From: Mobula hypostoma
Taxonomy: Eukaryota
Length of the DNA: 64,000 nucleotides
Assembly (NCBI RefSeq): GCF_963921235.1
Contig: NC_086118.1
Coordinates: 12,340,001-12,404,000, forward strand
Direction: 5' to 3'
Shown here: positions 12,702 to 24,649 of the stretch, piece after piece
Layout: each line of letters opens with the position of its first letter
Numbering within the stretch: the first letter of the stretch is position 1
Position numbers and translations under genes: made by a program
Notes under the pieces: generated by a model
Database searches by the model: none
What the model saw: the letters and a program-made list of their open reading frames with translations, nothing else
Told to the model about the DNA's origin: nothing

Positions 12702-13913
12702 ATAGAAACATAGAAACATAGAAAATAGGTGCAGGAGTAGGCCATTCGGCCCTTCGAGCCTGCACCGCCATTTATTATGATCATGGTTGATCATCCAACT
12801 CAGAACCCCGCCCCAGCCTTCCCTCCATACCCCCTGACCCCCGTAGCCACAAGGGCCATATCTAACTCCCTCTTAAATATAGCCAATGAACTGGCCTCAA
12901 CTGTTTCCTGTGGCAGAGAATTCCACAGATTCACCACTCTCTGTGTGAAGAAGTTTTTCCTAATCTCGGTCCTAAAAGGCTTCCCCTCTATCCTCAAAGG
13001 GTGCCCCCTCGTTCTGGACTTCCCCAACATCGGGAACAATCTTCCTGCATCTAGCCTGTCCAATCCCTTTAGGATTTTATACGTTTCAATCAGATCCCCC
13101 CTCAATCTTCTAAATTCCAACGAGTACAAGCCCAGTTCATCCAGTCTTTCTTCATATGAAAGTCCTGCCATCCCAGGAATCAATCTGGTGAACCTTCTTT
13201 GTACTCCCTCTATGGCAAAGATGTCTTTCCTCAGATTAGGGGACCAAAACTGCACACAATACTCCAGGTGTGGTCTCACCAAGGCCTTGTACAACTGCAG
13301 TAGTACCTCCCTGCTCCTGTACTCGAATCCTCTTGCTATAAATGCCAGCATACCATTCGCCTTTTTCACCGCCTGCTGTACGTGCATGCCCACTTTCAAT
13401 GACTGGTGTATAATGACACCCAGGTCTCGTTGCACCTCCCCTTTTCCTAATCGGCCACCATTCAGATAATAATCTGTTTTCCTATTTTTGCCACCAAAGT
13501 GGATAACTTCACATTTATCCACATTAAATTGCATCTGCCATGAATTTGCCCACTCACCCAACCTATCCAAGTCACCCTGCATCCTCTTAGCATCCTCCTC
13601 ACTGCTAACACTGCCACCCAGCTTCGTGTCATCCGCAAACTTGGAGATGCTGCATTTAATTCCCTCATCCAAGTCATTAATATATATTGTAAACAACTGG
13701 GGTCCCAGCACTGAGCCTTGCGGTACCCCACTAGTCACCGCCTGCCATTCTGAAAAGGTCCCGTTTATTCCCACTCTTTGCTTCCTGTCTACTAACCAAT
13801 TCTCCACCCACACCAATACCTTACCCCCAATACCGTGTGCTTTAAGTTTGCACACTAATCTCCTGTGTGGGACCTTGTCAAAAGCCTTTTGAAAATCCAA
13901 ATATACCACATCC
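12702..13913 (-). mobile_element. CR1-C, young 5'-truncated copy
   Basis: Uninterrupted RT frame (DVVYLDFQKAFDKV...GYGGKAGAGF) with a (TTTCTATG)n tail; nearly identical to 48460-49672. Confidence 0.95.
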
Positions 13914-14319
13914 ACTGGCACTGGCACAGAGATAGAGTTGGGATGCGAGTGGCTTGCGGAGAACAGCAGGTGGGAGGCAATGCTTCTCCTAACGCAGTGC
14001 GTGGCAGGAACTGAACGGCAAACAGGAGGATGAACGGAAAGGCAGGCAGCAGGCAATGCTTCTCCTGATATGGAGAGACAGAGTTAACACAGGTAAACCT
14101 CAGTACTAAAACAAAACTGAGAATACAAGTTCCTAAGCGGCTAGGAATGTGAATTACGACACTGGCTGAAACAATGATCTGGCGATGAGTGGATGCAAAG
14201 CCGGGATTTTTATGCTGCAGGTTTAGACGAGAATCAGGTGCCGCAATCAAGGAGCCTGAGAGAACATGGGGAAAAGGGAATTAGGAGAATATGAGGAATC
14301 AACGGTCGGGACCATGACA
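13914..14319 (-). mobile_element. Gypsy-type LTR fragment
   Basis: Minus strand starts TGTCATGG at 14319 and the host Rex1 sequence resumes immediately (TTACTGCCTTC). Layout resembles the solo LTR at 49764-50287; the other end appears replaced by CR1-C. Confidence 0.6.
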
Positions 14320-16335
14320 TTACTGCCTTCATTAAAACCTGTGTGAATGAGTGTGTGCCCACAAAGACTTACTGTACATTCCCAAACCAAAAGCTGTGGA
14401 TGAACCAGGAGGTACTTCATCTGCTGAGGGCTAGATCTGTGGTATTCAAGTCTGGCGACCCAGGCCTGTATCAAAAAACCAGGTATGATTTGTGGAGGGT
14501 TATTTCAAGGGCAAAGAGACAATTTCGAACAAGGTTGGAGGCGACATCGGATGCACGACAACTCTGGCAGGGTTTGCAAGATATTACTTCCCACGAAGCG
14601 AAACCCAGTAGCATGAATAGCAGCGATACTTCACTTCCAGATGAACTCAACATCGTCTATGCCCACTTTGAAGGGGAAAATACAACCACTGCTGTGAAAA
14701 TCCCTGCTGCACCAGATGATCCTGTGATCTCTGTCTCAGAGGCTGATGTTAGGCTGTCTTTAAAGAGAGTGAACCCTCTCAAGGTGGAAGGTCCTGATGG
14801 AATACCTGGTAAGGCTCTGAAAACCTGTTGCAACCAACTGGCAGGAGTATTCAAGAACATTTTCAACCTTTCACTGCTATGGGCAGAAGTTCCCACTTGC
14901 TTCAAAAAGGCAACAATTATACCTGTGCCTAAGAAGAATAATGTAAGTTGCCATAATGACTATCACCCAGTAGCACTCACATCTACAGTGATCAAATGCT
15001 TTGAGAGGTTGGTCATGACCAGACTGTACTCCTGCCTTAGCAAGGACCTGGACACATTGCAATTTGCCACAATAGATTGATGGCAGATGCAATCTCAATG
15101 GCTCTTCACATGGCTTTAGACCACCTGGACAACACAAACACCTATGTCAGGGTGCTGTTCATCGACTATAGTTTAGCATTTAAAACCATTATTCCCGCAA
15201 TACTGATTGAGAAGTTGCAGAACCTGGGCTTCTGTATCTCCCTCTGCAATTGGATCCTTGACTTTCTAACCGGAAGACCATAATCTGTGTGGATTGGTAA
15301 TAACATCTGCTCCTCATTGATGATCAACACTGGTGCACCTCGTGGGGGGAGTGTGCTTCGCCCACTGCTCTATTCTCTCTATACCCATGACTGTGTGGCT
15401 GGGCATAGGTCAAATACCATCTATAAACTTGCTGATGATACAACCATTTTTGGTAGACTATCAGGTGGTGATGAGAGGGTGTTCAGGAGTGAGATATGCC
15501 AAACAGTGGAGTGGTGTCGCAGCAACAACCTGGCACTCAACGTCAGTGAGGCAGAAGAGCTGATTGTGGACTTCAGGAAGGGTAAGATGAAGGAACACAT
15601 ACCAATCCTCATAGAGGGATCAGAAGTGGAGAGAGTGAGCAGCTTCAAGTTCCTGGGTGTCAAGATCTCTGAGGATCTAACCTGGTCCCAACATATCGAT
15701 GCAGTTATAAAGAAGGCAAGACACTGGATATACCTCATTGGTTGTTTGAAGATATTTGGTATGTCAACAAATACACTCAAAAACTCCTATAGTTGTACCA
15801 TGGTGAGCATTCTGACAGGTTGCATCACTGTCTGGTATCGGGTGGGGGGGCTACTGCACAAGACCAAAAGAAGCTGCAAAGGATTGTAAATTTAGTCCGC
15901 TCCATCTTGGGTACTAGCCTACAAAGTACCCAGGACATCTTCAGGGAGCGGTGTCTCAGAAAGACAGCGTCCATTATTAAGGACCTCCAGCACCCAGGGC
16001 ATGCCCTTTTCTCACTGCTGCCATTGGGTAGGAGGTACGGAAGCCTGAAAGCACACACTCCGTGATTTAAGAGCAGCTTCTTTCCCTTTGTCATCCGATT
16101 CCTAAATGGACATTGAATCCTCGGACACCATCTCACTTTTTTAATATATAGTATTTCTGTTTTTTGCACAATTTTAATCTATTCAATTTGCGTATACTGT
16201 AATTGATTTACTTATTTATTTATTATTATTTTATTTTGTGTTTTTTTTTCTATATTATGTATTGCATTGAACTGCTGCTGCTAAGTTAACAAATTTCACA
16301 TCACATGTTGGTGATAATAAACCTGATTCTGATTC

Positions 16336-16417
16336 TGAACCTTGAAGTGGATAGGCTATAGCAGCAGAAGACTAAACTGGGTTCCATTCCTGTGCCTAAT
16401 AAAGTAACTAATAAGAA
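16336..16417 (+). mobile_element. Right end of the Tc1-like element starting at 11200
   Basis: GAACCTTGAAGTGGATAGGCTATAGCAGCAGAAGAC continues the transposase fragment, then CCTAATAAAGT...TA is a decayed inverse of the left TIR. Confidence 0.7.
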
Positions 16418-17103
16418 TACATCCTAGTATCACCAGAACGTATGTACCATTGTAAACTTTTTTTTTTACCTTTTTGCTTTATATTCATTGTACCATCTTT
16501 CTGTCCACCATCCAATACACAATGTCAATGTGCATATTGGACTGAATGCAGCTTCCGTACTTTTCGGGGTTTTGAAGAGGGAGACATCATTTCTTTTCAA
16601 GGGAAAAACAAAAAAAATCTGACACTGATAATGTTATTCCCATCAGAATGGTCTGATAGTATAGGCATGATAATATGGAACTCTCAGAATAGTTGTATAA
16701 CTGAAAAAAATTCTATCAGTATTGACATAGGGAGGCGTTGTTTTCTTGAGTGAGGAATGAGGCCCGAGGAATGTTCTGAGTTCACAAGGAGGCAAAGTGC
16801 TGAAAGTAGTGATAGAGATTAATTAGGCCGTTAAAATGCAAACAAAAAATGCGGTCTCATCCACAGAGGAATAACATTCCAGAGGACCTATTGCACAGAG
16901 TGCAGTTCATTGGAATGTACTTTCCATGGACTGCAAAGGTCAGGTGTTTGGTGAGTATGGGAATTGTAAAAGGATGATCTCATTCCAAAATTGAGTTCAG
17001 TTTTGACTTTAACAAGTTTACTTTTCAGCATTAGAAGGTTTTAAACAAGCTATCTGCCAGAGGCAGTTTCCTGGTTAAATATGCAGTCCGTTGTAATTAG
17101 TTA

Positions 17104-17480
17104 CAACACACACAAAATGCTGGAGGAACTCAGCAGGTCAGGCAGCATCCATGGAAATGAATTAACAGTCAGTGTTTTGGGCCAAGACACTTCTTCAGGA
17201 CTGGAAAGGAAGGGGAAAGATGCCAGAATAAGAAGGTGGTGGCGGGGGTTTGGGGGTAGGTGGAAGGAGGACTCGCTAGAAGGTGATAGATGAAGCCAGG
17301 CGGGTAGGAAAGGTAAAGGGCTGGAGAAGAAGGAGTCTGATAAAAGAGGAGAGTGGACCATGGGAGAAAGGGAAGAAGCAGGGTCACTCAGGGGAGGCTA
17401 AATGCAGGAGGTTAGAAGCCAGAGTGGGGAATAGAAGGGAGGGGGGAATATTACTGAAAGGAGAAATCGATATTCATGCC
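17104..17480 (-). mobile_element. Penelope-like 3' region
   Basis: Minus strand: CT-rich UTR, then CTGAAGAAGTGTCTTGGCCCAAAAC and ATGCTGCCTGACCTGCTGAGTTCCTCCAGCATTTTGTGTG. Confidence 0.75.
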
Positions 17481-17882
17481 ACCTCACTTAAACCTCCCTT
17501 TGACATCCTCTAAGGAAACAAGCCTAACTCTTCCTCACAGCTACAATTTTACTATCCTAGAAACATCCTCATAATTCTCCTCTACATCCTCGTCAATCCA
17601 ATCACATCTTTGCTGTAATGTGGTGACCCAAACCATATGCAGTATTCAAGCTGTGTTTTAACTCATGTTTATACATTTCCAGACTAACCCTCTTGCTCTT
17701 GTGTTCTGTGCCTCAGTTAATAAAGGTAAGTTTTTCATATACCCTTTAAAACGCCTCCTTCTCCACCATTGTTACTAGCCACATGAGGTGCTACCTCAAA
17801 AGAGCAACATCTATAATCAACAATCCCCACCATCCAGACCATGCCATTTTCTTGCAGCTACCATTGGGCAGGAGGTATAGAA

Positions 17883-18516
17883 TAGATTAGATTAGATTAG
17901 ACTATGAGGACACGCAGTCCTCTTTTATTGTCATTTAGTAATGCATGCATTAAGAAATGATACAATATTCCTCCGGTGTGATATCACAAAAACACAGGAC
18001 AGACCAAGACTGAAAAACTGACAAAACCACATAATTATAACATATAGTTACAACAGTGCAACAATACCATAACTTGATGAAGAACAGGCCATGGCACAGT
18101 AAAAAAGTTCAAAGTCTCTCGAATGTCCCACATCTCATGCAGACGGGAGAAGGAAGAAAACTCTCCCTGCCATGCCCGACCACAGTCCGACTCTGAGTCG
18201 TCTGAAAACTTCAAGCTCCGATCAGCCCTTCGACACCGAGTACCGAGCACCATCTCTATTCGGACGATTCGACCTCAGCCTCGGTCGCCAGCAGCAGGCA
18301 AAGCCGGGGATTTTGGGGCCTTCCCGCAGGAAGTTTCTTGATCACCCAGTAACAGCAGCAGCGAACCGGCGTTTCAGAAATTTCTCCAGATGTTCCTCTG
18401 TGCTTTCACGTCTGTCTCCATCAAATCAGAATTGTCCACAGCCCCTATTTAACGGATACAATATCATTTTCACCGGTGAGCTGTGCGCGCGCGTCACGCT
18501 GCCATCTTCTCCTCCC
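17883..18516 (-). mobile_element. Short non-autonomous non-LTR element with (TCTAA)n tail, inserted in a Rex1 3' fragment
   Basis: Minus strand begins GGGAGGAGAAGATGGCAGCG, is CpG-rich and ends AATAAAAGAGG...(TCTAA)n. Flanks 17760-17880 and 18517-18600 join into one Rex1 C-terminus. Confidence 0.7.
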
Positions 18517-18984
18517 AACTGTACCTCCCATACCATAAGCTTCAAGAAGAGCCACTTCTAGTCAACCATTCAGTTCTTGAACCAAATGGCACAACTGTGT
18601 CCACTTCAATTACTTTGCACTGAAACTGGCATTGTTTTTGTTTATTTGTGTACTTTCTGGTAAACTTTGTGCATCGGCAAGTTCAGAATTCAAGGCTTTC
18701 TGTTTGATGATCGGTGGGTCCTGTAGTCAATGTCGAGGACTGAAGCCTGGTGGTTGAATCAGACGTCCTGAGATCAAAGCCTGTTGGCCGGAGCTTCATG
18801 TTTGAGAATCTCTGTGAGTGCATGGGATGGTTGAAGGCTGATTGTCCGCATGCCCAAGTCCTAATCTGAGTCCGCTAGCGGCTGAAGGTCAAAGAAGGTG
18901 GCCGGTCTTGGGGTTAGAGGCCCAGGTATGAGTGGGTGGGAGGGAGAAACAGGGCTTGTTTTGCTGTTATTGTTATGTTCTGTT

Positions 18985-19340
18985 TAGTCAGCTCCATCTT
19001 GGATACCGGACTCCATGGTATCCAAAACATCTCCAAGAAGCGGTGCCTTATAAAGGTGGTGTCCTTTATTAAGGACCCCCATCACCCAGACCATGCCCTC
19101 TTCTTGTTATCATCAGGAAGGAGGTACAGGAGCCTGAATGCACACACTCAGCAAGTCAGGAACAGCTTCTTCCCCTCTGCTCTCCGATTCTGAATTGGAT
19201 ATTGAACCCTTGAACACTACCTCACTTTTATTATAATATTATTTCTGTTTTTGCACTATTTTTAATTTAAATACTCTATATAAATATTTAAGTACTTAAT
19301 ATATATGTTTACTGTAATTGATTTACTTATTTTTTCTATA
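18985..19340 (+). mobile_element. Rex1/Babar 3' fragment
   Basis: IKDPHHPDHALF..SGRRYRSL..RNSFFPSALRF followed by an AT-rich UTR. Confidence 0.85.
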
Positions 19341-19944
19341 CCGTCATTTTACTGCTGTGTTCCGTTGAGCACCGTGGACTTGCTATGTTGGCTGGAAGGT
19401 GTGGCACACCTTCGATGTATTGGTTGTTAATGCAAAGGATACATTTTTCAAGTATTTCTGTTGATAGCTTGGCCATGTGACCTTGAGGTTGTGCTTTTGA
19501 TTGGCCACTGGTTCCTTTATGATGTCAGCTAGAGACGGCTCCATGCCCCTAGTTACGTATCATTTTGAAGTATTTCTGTTGATAGCTTCTAGGAAAGAAG
19601 AAAATCTGAGTAAAGCGGAGAAATAAAAATTCAATTGTCACCATACCAAATAGAAACTGAAAATCTGGCTTAACTAACAAGTTGAATGGATCAAGTGGAT
19701 CAAAGACAATCAGCATGGAAAGCAAATTAAAGAGAGTTTCAATAGTAGTTGGAAAGGTTGTACAATCCATTAAGAACCCCATTAGTAATTAAATTTCCAC
19801 AGGTAAGAGCTCCAGGAATGATGGGGAGCAGGACAGTATAAATATTCAGACTCAACTTTTGATGTCTATTGGTGATCACTTGCTAGAATGTGATGCTGAA
19901 ATGTACATGAATTAATGTGAGTGTCCACTACAAAAGTCCATTGT

Positions 19945-20107
19945 CGTTTAAAGTTAAATTGGATAGATATATGGACAGGAAAGGAATGAAGGGTGATGGG
20001 CTGAGTGTAGGTCGTTGGGACTAGGAGAGAGTAAAAGTTCAGCACAGACTAGAAGGGCCAAGATGGTCTGTTTCCGTGCTGTAATGGTTATATGGTTATA
20101 TGGTTAT
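19945..20107 (+). mobile_element. CR1 3' tail fragment
   Basis: FKVKLDRYMD..G..G motif, 3' UTR and (TATGGTTA)n tail. Confidence 0.75.
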
Positions 20108-20784
20108 TTTTACTGTATACTTCAATGTCCATGTGATAAACAAAGTTGAATATTGAACCGTGATCCTTTGATTTCCTTGTGCATGTTCTTTACGTGATGT
20201 TACGTCCCTGTGACGCTGTGCAATTGCGTTCTTCATCACACCTGTGCAAACATATTTTTGTGCATATGGAAATTCAACTTTGACATTCCTGATCCGTTCT
20301 GCTGCTTGAAAGCACCTAGTTCTTTTTTCTCAATACCATTTGATTTTTGCCTTTTATTTTAGATTCCCTTGACACCTCCCCAAGAGTATGACCTCAAACT
20401 TTCTGGATTGAACTCCATTTGCTACTTGACTGACCGACACAGCAGTGTGAAGCTTTCTGGAATCCTATTGGCCATAGGCTCCCAATCACAAAAACACCTG
20501 ATGAATATCATCATCTTTTGCTTGTTGCTGCTGAGTTAATTTTGCATCCATTTTGCCACTTTCTTTTGGATCTCATGGACCTTTACTTTCTCATTATCTT
20601 TTATGCGTGAACTCAACACCTTTTCTGTATGATTTGAAAGTGTGAATAACACCACACATGTGCGAATCCTTACAGTAGCTGGCAATCTTGTGATCTCTGT
20701 CTTGGAAGCTGACGTAAGAACCTCCTTCAGGAGGGTGGACCCTCACAAGACACAATTTGCAATGATTTAACTCACAGACCAAAT

Positions 20785-22600
20785 GGCCGGCATGTTCCAG
20801 GACATCTTAAACCTTTCACTGCTGCGTTCAGACATTCTCACTTGCTTCAAAAGGACGTCAGTCATTACCGGTGTCCAAGAAGTGCAGGGTGAGATGCCTC
20901 AATGACTATCACCGAATAGCACTCACATCTACTGTGAAGAAGTGCTTTGAGAGGTTGGTCATGGCTAGAATTAACTTCTGCCTGAGCAAGAACATGATTT
21001 AGCTGCAGTTTGCTTGCTACCACAACATGTCTACTGCAGACATGATCTAATTGGCCCTCCACCCAACTCTGGAAAACTTAGACAACAGCTAAACATATGT
21101 CAGGCTTTTGCTTATCAATTACAGCTCAGCATTCAATTCCATCATCCACTCAATAATCAATAAGCTTCAAAACTTGGGTCTCTGTACCGCCTGTGCAACT
21201 GAATCCTTGACTGTCTCATTGGTTGACCACAGTCGATGCATATTAATAATAACATCTCCTCTTCATTAGCCATTAGCACAGGCACACCTCAAGGATGCAT
21301 ACCCACTGCTCTACTCTCTCTAGGTCTTCTCCGCGATTGTCACCTCGTCGTGGTGGAGAAGCTTGTGTGGTCTTGAGATCCCGAGAGCAATGCCACCTGG
21401 AGCTATGCTTCTGGTAGGGTCACCCATGGCGGTAAGGTCGTGGGTGAGGTCCCTGACAAAGAACAATCCAACGAAAACCTCAACGGTGGAAGAGGCGGAC
21501 AAAGTTACTTCAAACTCAATGGCTGTGAAGGCGGATGAAGGCTGCAACAAATCCATCAGCTCCAATCGTTGTAGTTTCTATGCCATTGGAATCAGTTGGT
21601 TGATTTGTGAAGTATCGTGTGCTTCTTGGAGTGCAATATCAAGTACACGTTAAACAAATACACACATAGGCATCTTCGCTCTGTGGGCCACTTCTTCAGA
21701 ACGAAGAGCATCATCCTGAACCTCGTGGGATGGCCACGACTCTCTCTAGGCACTCATGTTGGTATGGCTAGGCACAGCTCAAAGGACATCTATTAATTTT
21801 CTGATGACATTACTGTTGCTGGCAGAGTCATAGACGGCAACGAGGAGGCGTACAGCAAAGAGATAGATTGGCTGGTTGAATGGTGTCACAACAACAACTT
21901 TGCACTCAATGTACAGTCAGCATGACGAAGGAATTGATCATGTACTTCAGGAAGGGGTGGTCAGGAGAATACATACCACTCCTTATAGAGGGATCAGCAT
22001 CTTCAAGTTGCTGAGCATCAATATTTCAGAGGATCTTCCCTGGGCCTAACACAATGAAGCAATCACGAGGAGTGCACTCCTGCAGCTCTAGGTCATTAGG
22101 GGTTTGTGGCTATTTGGTATATTACCAAAAACTCCTTAAAATTGCTACAGATGTACAATGGAGAGTATTCAAATGGGTTGCATCACTGCCTGGCCTGTAC
22201 AGGAGTGAACGAAGCTGCAGAATGTGGTAAACTTGACAAGTTCCGTCACAGAGACAGCACTTCCCACCATCGAGGACACCTTCAAGATGCGGTGCCTCAA
22301 GAAGATGGCAACAATCATTAAGGACCATCGCCATCCGGGTCATGCCCTTTTCTCATTAGTGCCATGCGGAGGAATTACAGGAGCCCGAAGAACCACACCA
22401 ATATTTCAGTAACAATTTCCTCCCCTCCACTATCAGATTTCTGACTGGCCCACAGAATCATGAGCACTACCTCATTATTCCCCCTTTGCACTATTTATTT
22501 TCTAAGTTGCATTGCCTTTTATGTCTTGTGCTGTAATGTTACAACAAAGCAACAAATTTCATGACGTGTGTCAGTAATAATAAACTTGATTCTAATTCTG
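20785..22600 (+). mobile_element. Rex1/Babar RT region, decayed and interrupted at 21325-21738
   Basis: PVSKK..CLNDY..IALTS..KCFERLV and IIKD..HPGHALFSL motifs, with tail AATAATAAACTTGATTCTAATTCTG. Confidence 0.85.
21325..21738 (+). mobile_element. 414-bp RTE-derived non-autonomous retroelement with 12-bp TSD
   Basis: TSD ACTCTCTCTAGG at 21313-21324 and 21739-21750. The 5' part (CCTCGTCGTGGTGG...GAGCTATGC...AGGGTCACCCATGG...GACAAAGA) resembles recalled RTE (Expander/BovB-type) 5' UTRs. Confidence 0.75.
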
Positions 22601-23599
22601 AGTCTGACCATTTTACCAAGTGGAACCTTGTAAAAAGCCTTGCTAATCTACATAGATGACATCAATTGCACTGCTCCCTTCAAATCTGTCATTTCATCAA
22701 AAGAAGATCAATTATTACTCTGTTAGCTTCATAACAAATCTATGTTGATTGTCTCTGATTAATCACTCTACTTGTCAAAGATGGTTCTTAATTTTATTCA
22801 AAATAGATTACAATATCTTGCCTGCTACTAAAGTTAAATGACTGGTCCATAATTACTTGGCTTATTCCCATCTCCCTTTTGAAGCAATGGTACCATTTTA
22901 GCAAATCTCAATTTGTTCGCACCACTCCTGTAGGAAGCAGGATATGAGTCAAGGATTGGGAATTTGGGAATTTTAATACAGTGTTTTTTCTGCAGTCTGA
23001 GACAGGAACACAGTTTAAATGATGAGTGGTTTCTACCAAAATAAAACAAACTTCCAGAAATTGATGTTTGTGGGAACTCAGTGATACGAGGGAGAAATGT
23101 CACAGTGTTAATTTAAAGCTTTTTGGAATTTTTATTTTTTAAACTAATACCTTAACTGCAGTAGATAGCTGAAAGAATGTAACCAGTAAAATACTATTAA
23201 CTATCAACTATATTAAAAAAATATATATATGTAGGCAATGGAATAAAAATGATTTTAACTTAGAAGAGCCAAAACTGGAAAGTAAATAAATCAATAAACA
23301 AACAAAATCAAAGGAAGTGGTAGATACCTGCCAGGGTGCTGGTGGAAGCAGATAGGATAGTGGCATTTAAGGGGCTTTTAGATATACACATGGATATGCA
23401 GGGAATGGTGGGATGTGTATCATGTACAGGTAGAAAAGATTAGTCTAGTTTGGCATCATATTTGGTATAGAAAATCGTATCCTGAAGAGTCTGTTCCTGT
23501 GTTGTTCTGATCTATATTTTAAAACAGAGACAGCAGGGCAAGAAAAGTGTTGCACTGTGAATTTTTTCATGTGGAAATGAATTAATTCAAATCAACTGC

Positions 23600-24460
23600 A
23601 TCTGTAGATAGTAACTGCAGTTCAAGGAAGTTTAGGTTAGGATAAAGAGAAACACAAGGAAAATAGTTCAATGACAAATATCCCTGCTTCTGACTTCTGA
23701 GCGTGTTTGGGTCTCGGACCTTCACTGAAGCCGTAATGTCCTGGGGGCTGGGGTGACTGACCTTTAACAATAATAACTATTGTCCTCTATGCTTGGTATA
23801 ACTCCAGCCAGAGGAGTCTAGAGACTTTGGTTTTACCAAATCTCATTGATGACACATTAGGTTCAGAGTCACTTTGGGAATTCAGTTTTTTCCTCCACAT
23901 TTGATGTGCTGGTGAGATTAGATTGAAGGGTGAGTGGTCCTGGTAAAACCCCAGCCAAACAAGTTATGGGTGAGTAAGCATTGTTTGATAGCATTGTTAG
24001 TAATATCTTGCATTGAGGGTAGACCAATTGGTAGATGATCAGCTGGGTTAGATTTGTGCATTTATGTGAGCATGACAGATCTGGGCAATTCTTTACATAG
24101 TTGGATGATTGCCAGAGCTGTAATTGTATTAGGATTGCTTGATTAGAGGTAGATCTAATTCTGGAGCATACACTTCCAATGCTAAATCTGGTTATTTTTT
24201 GGTACAATATCCTTGCTCTCAGTGTGAACTTAACTATTTCTTCAGGAGATGCAGAGAAAATTAATTGGCAGAAAACAGGATTTTGTGTTGGTGGGGCTCC
24301 CAGGAGGACCACCTATTTGGTACTGCTGGCCAAATCTGGTTACAGTTCCTCCAGCCTTGTCTTTAGCACTTGCATGCATGGCTTTACCATTGTAGATGTC
24401 CCCAAAGCCTCTTCCCATTAACTGTTCACCTGTTTGCCATGATGAGGTGCGACATTTTTG
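23600..24460 (-). mobile_element. Old CR1-clade LINE RT remnant
   Basis: Degenerate minus-strand motifs resembling W..A.I.P.HK..KSNPA.Y.PI.L; heavily mutated. Confidence 0.45.
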
Positions 24461-24649
24461 TCAATTGCTGCTGTTGGAATTGAAATTGGTTTATTATTGT
24501 CACATGCACGAAGATGTCTTGCATACTGTCCAAGCAGATCAAATCATTATACAATGCATTCAGGCAGAACAAGGTACAAGAACAACAGATTGCAGAATGA
24601 AGTGTAACCGCCACAGAGAAAGTACAGTGCAGATAGACTATAAGACAAG

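Larger units (their letters stand above)
11602..16338 (+). mobile_element. Rex1/Babar-type LINE, near full length, decayed and interrupted by 12702-14319
   Basis: APE remnants 11870-12700 (GDFN, TRGNNTLDHCY, SDH), RT 14343-16065 (GPDGIPG, IIPVPKK, DYHPVALTS, ADDTT) and tail GATAATAAACCTGATTCTGATTCTGA. Confidence 0.92.

Noticed and set aside
12777..13892. Long plus-strand ORFs 12777..13469 and 13488..13892, and similar ORFs at 6470, 8386, 25651, 47211 and 48483
   Set aside because: Antisense shadows of CR1 or Tc1 coding sequence, not independent genes.
16490..16620. Possible minus-strand exon after a T-rich tract
   Set aside because: Atypical acceptor, weak donor and unrecognised peptide.
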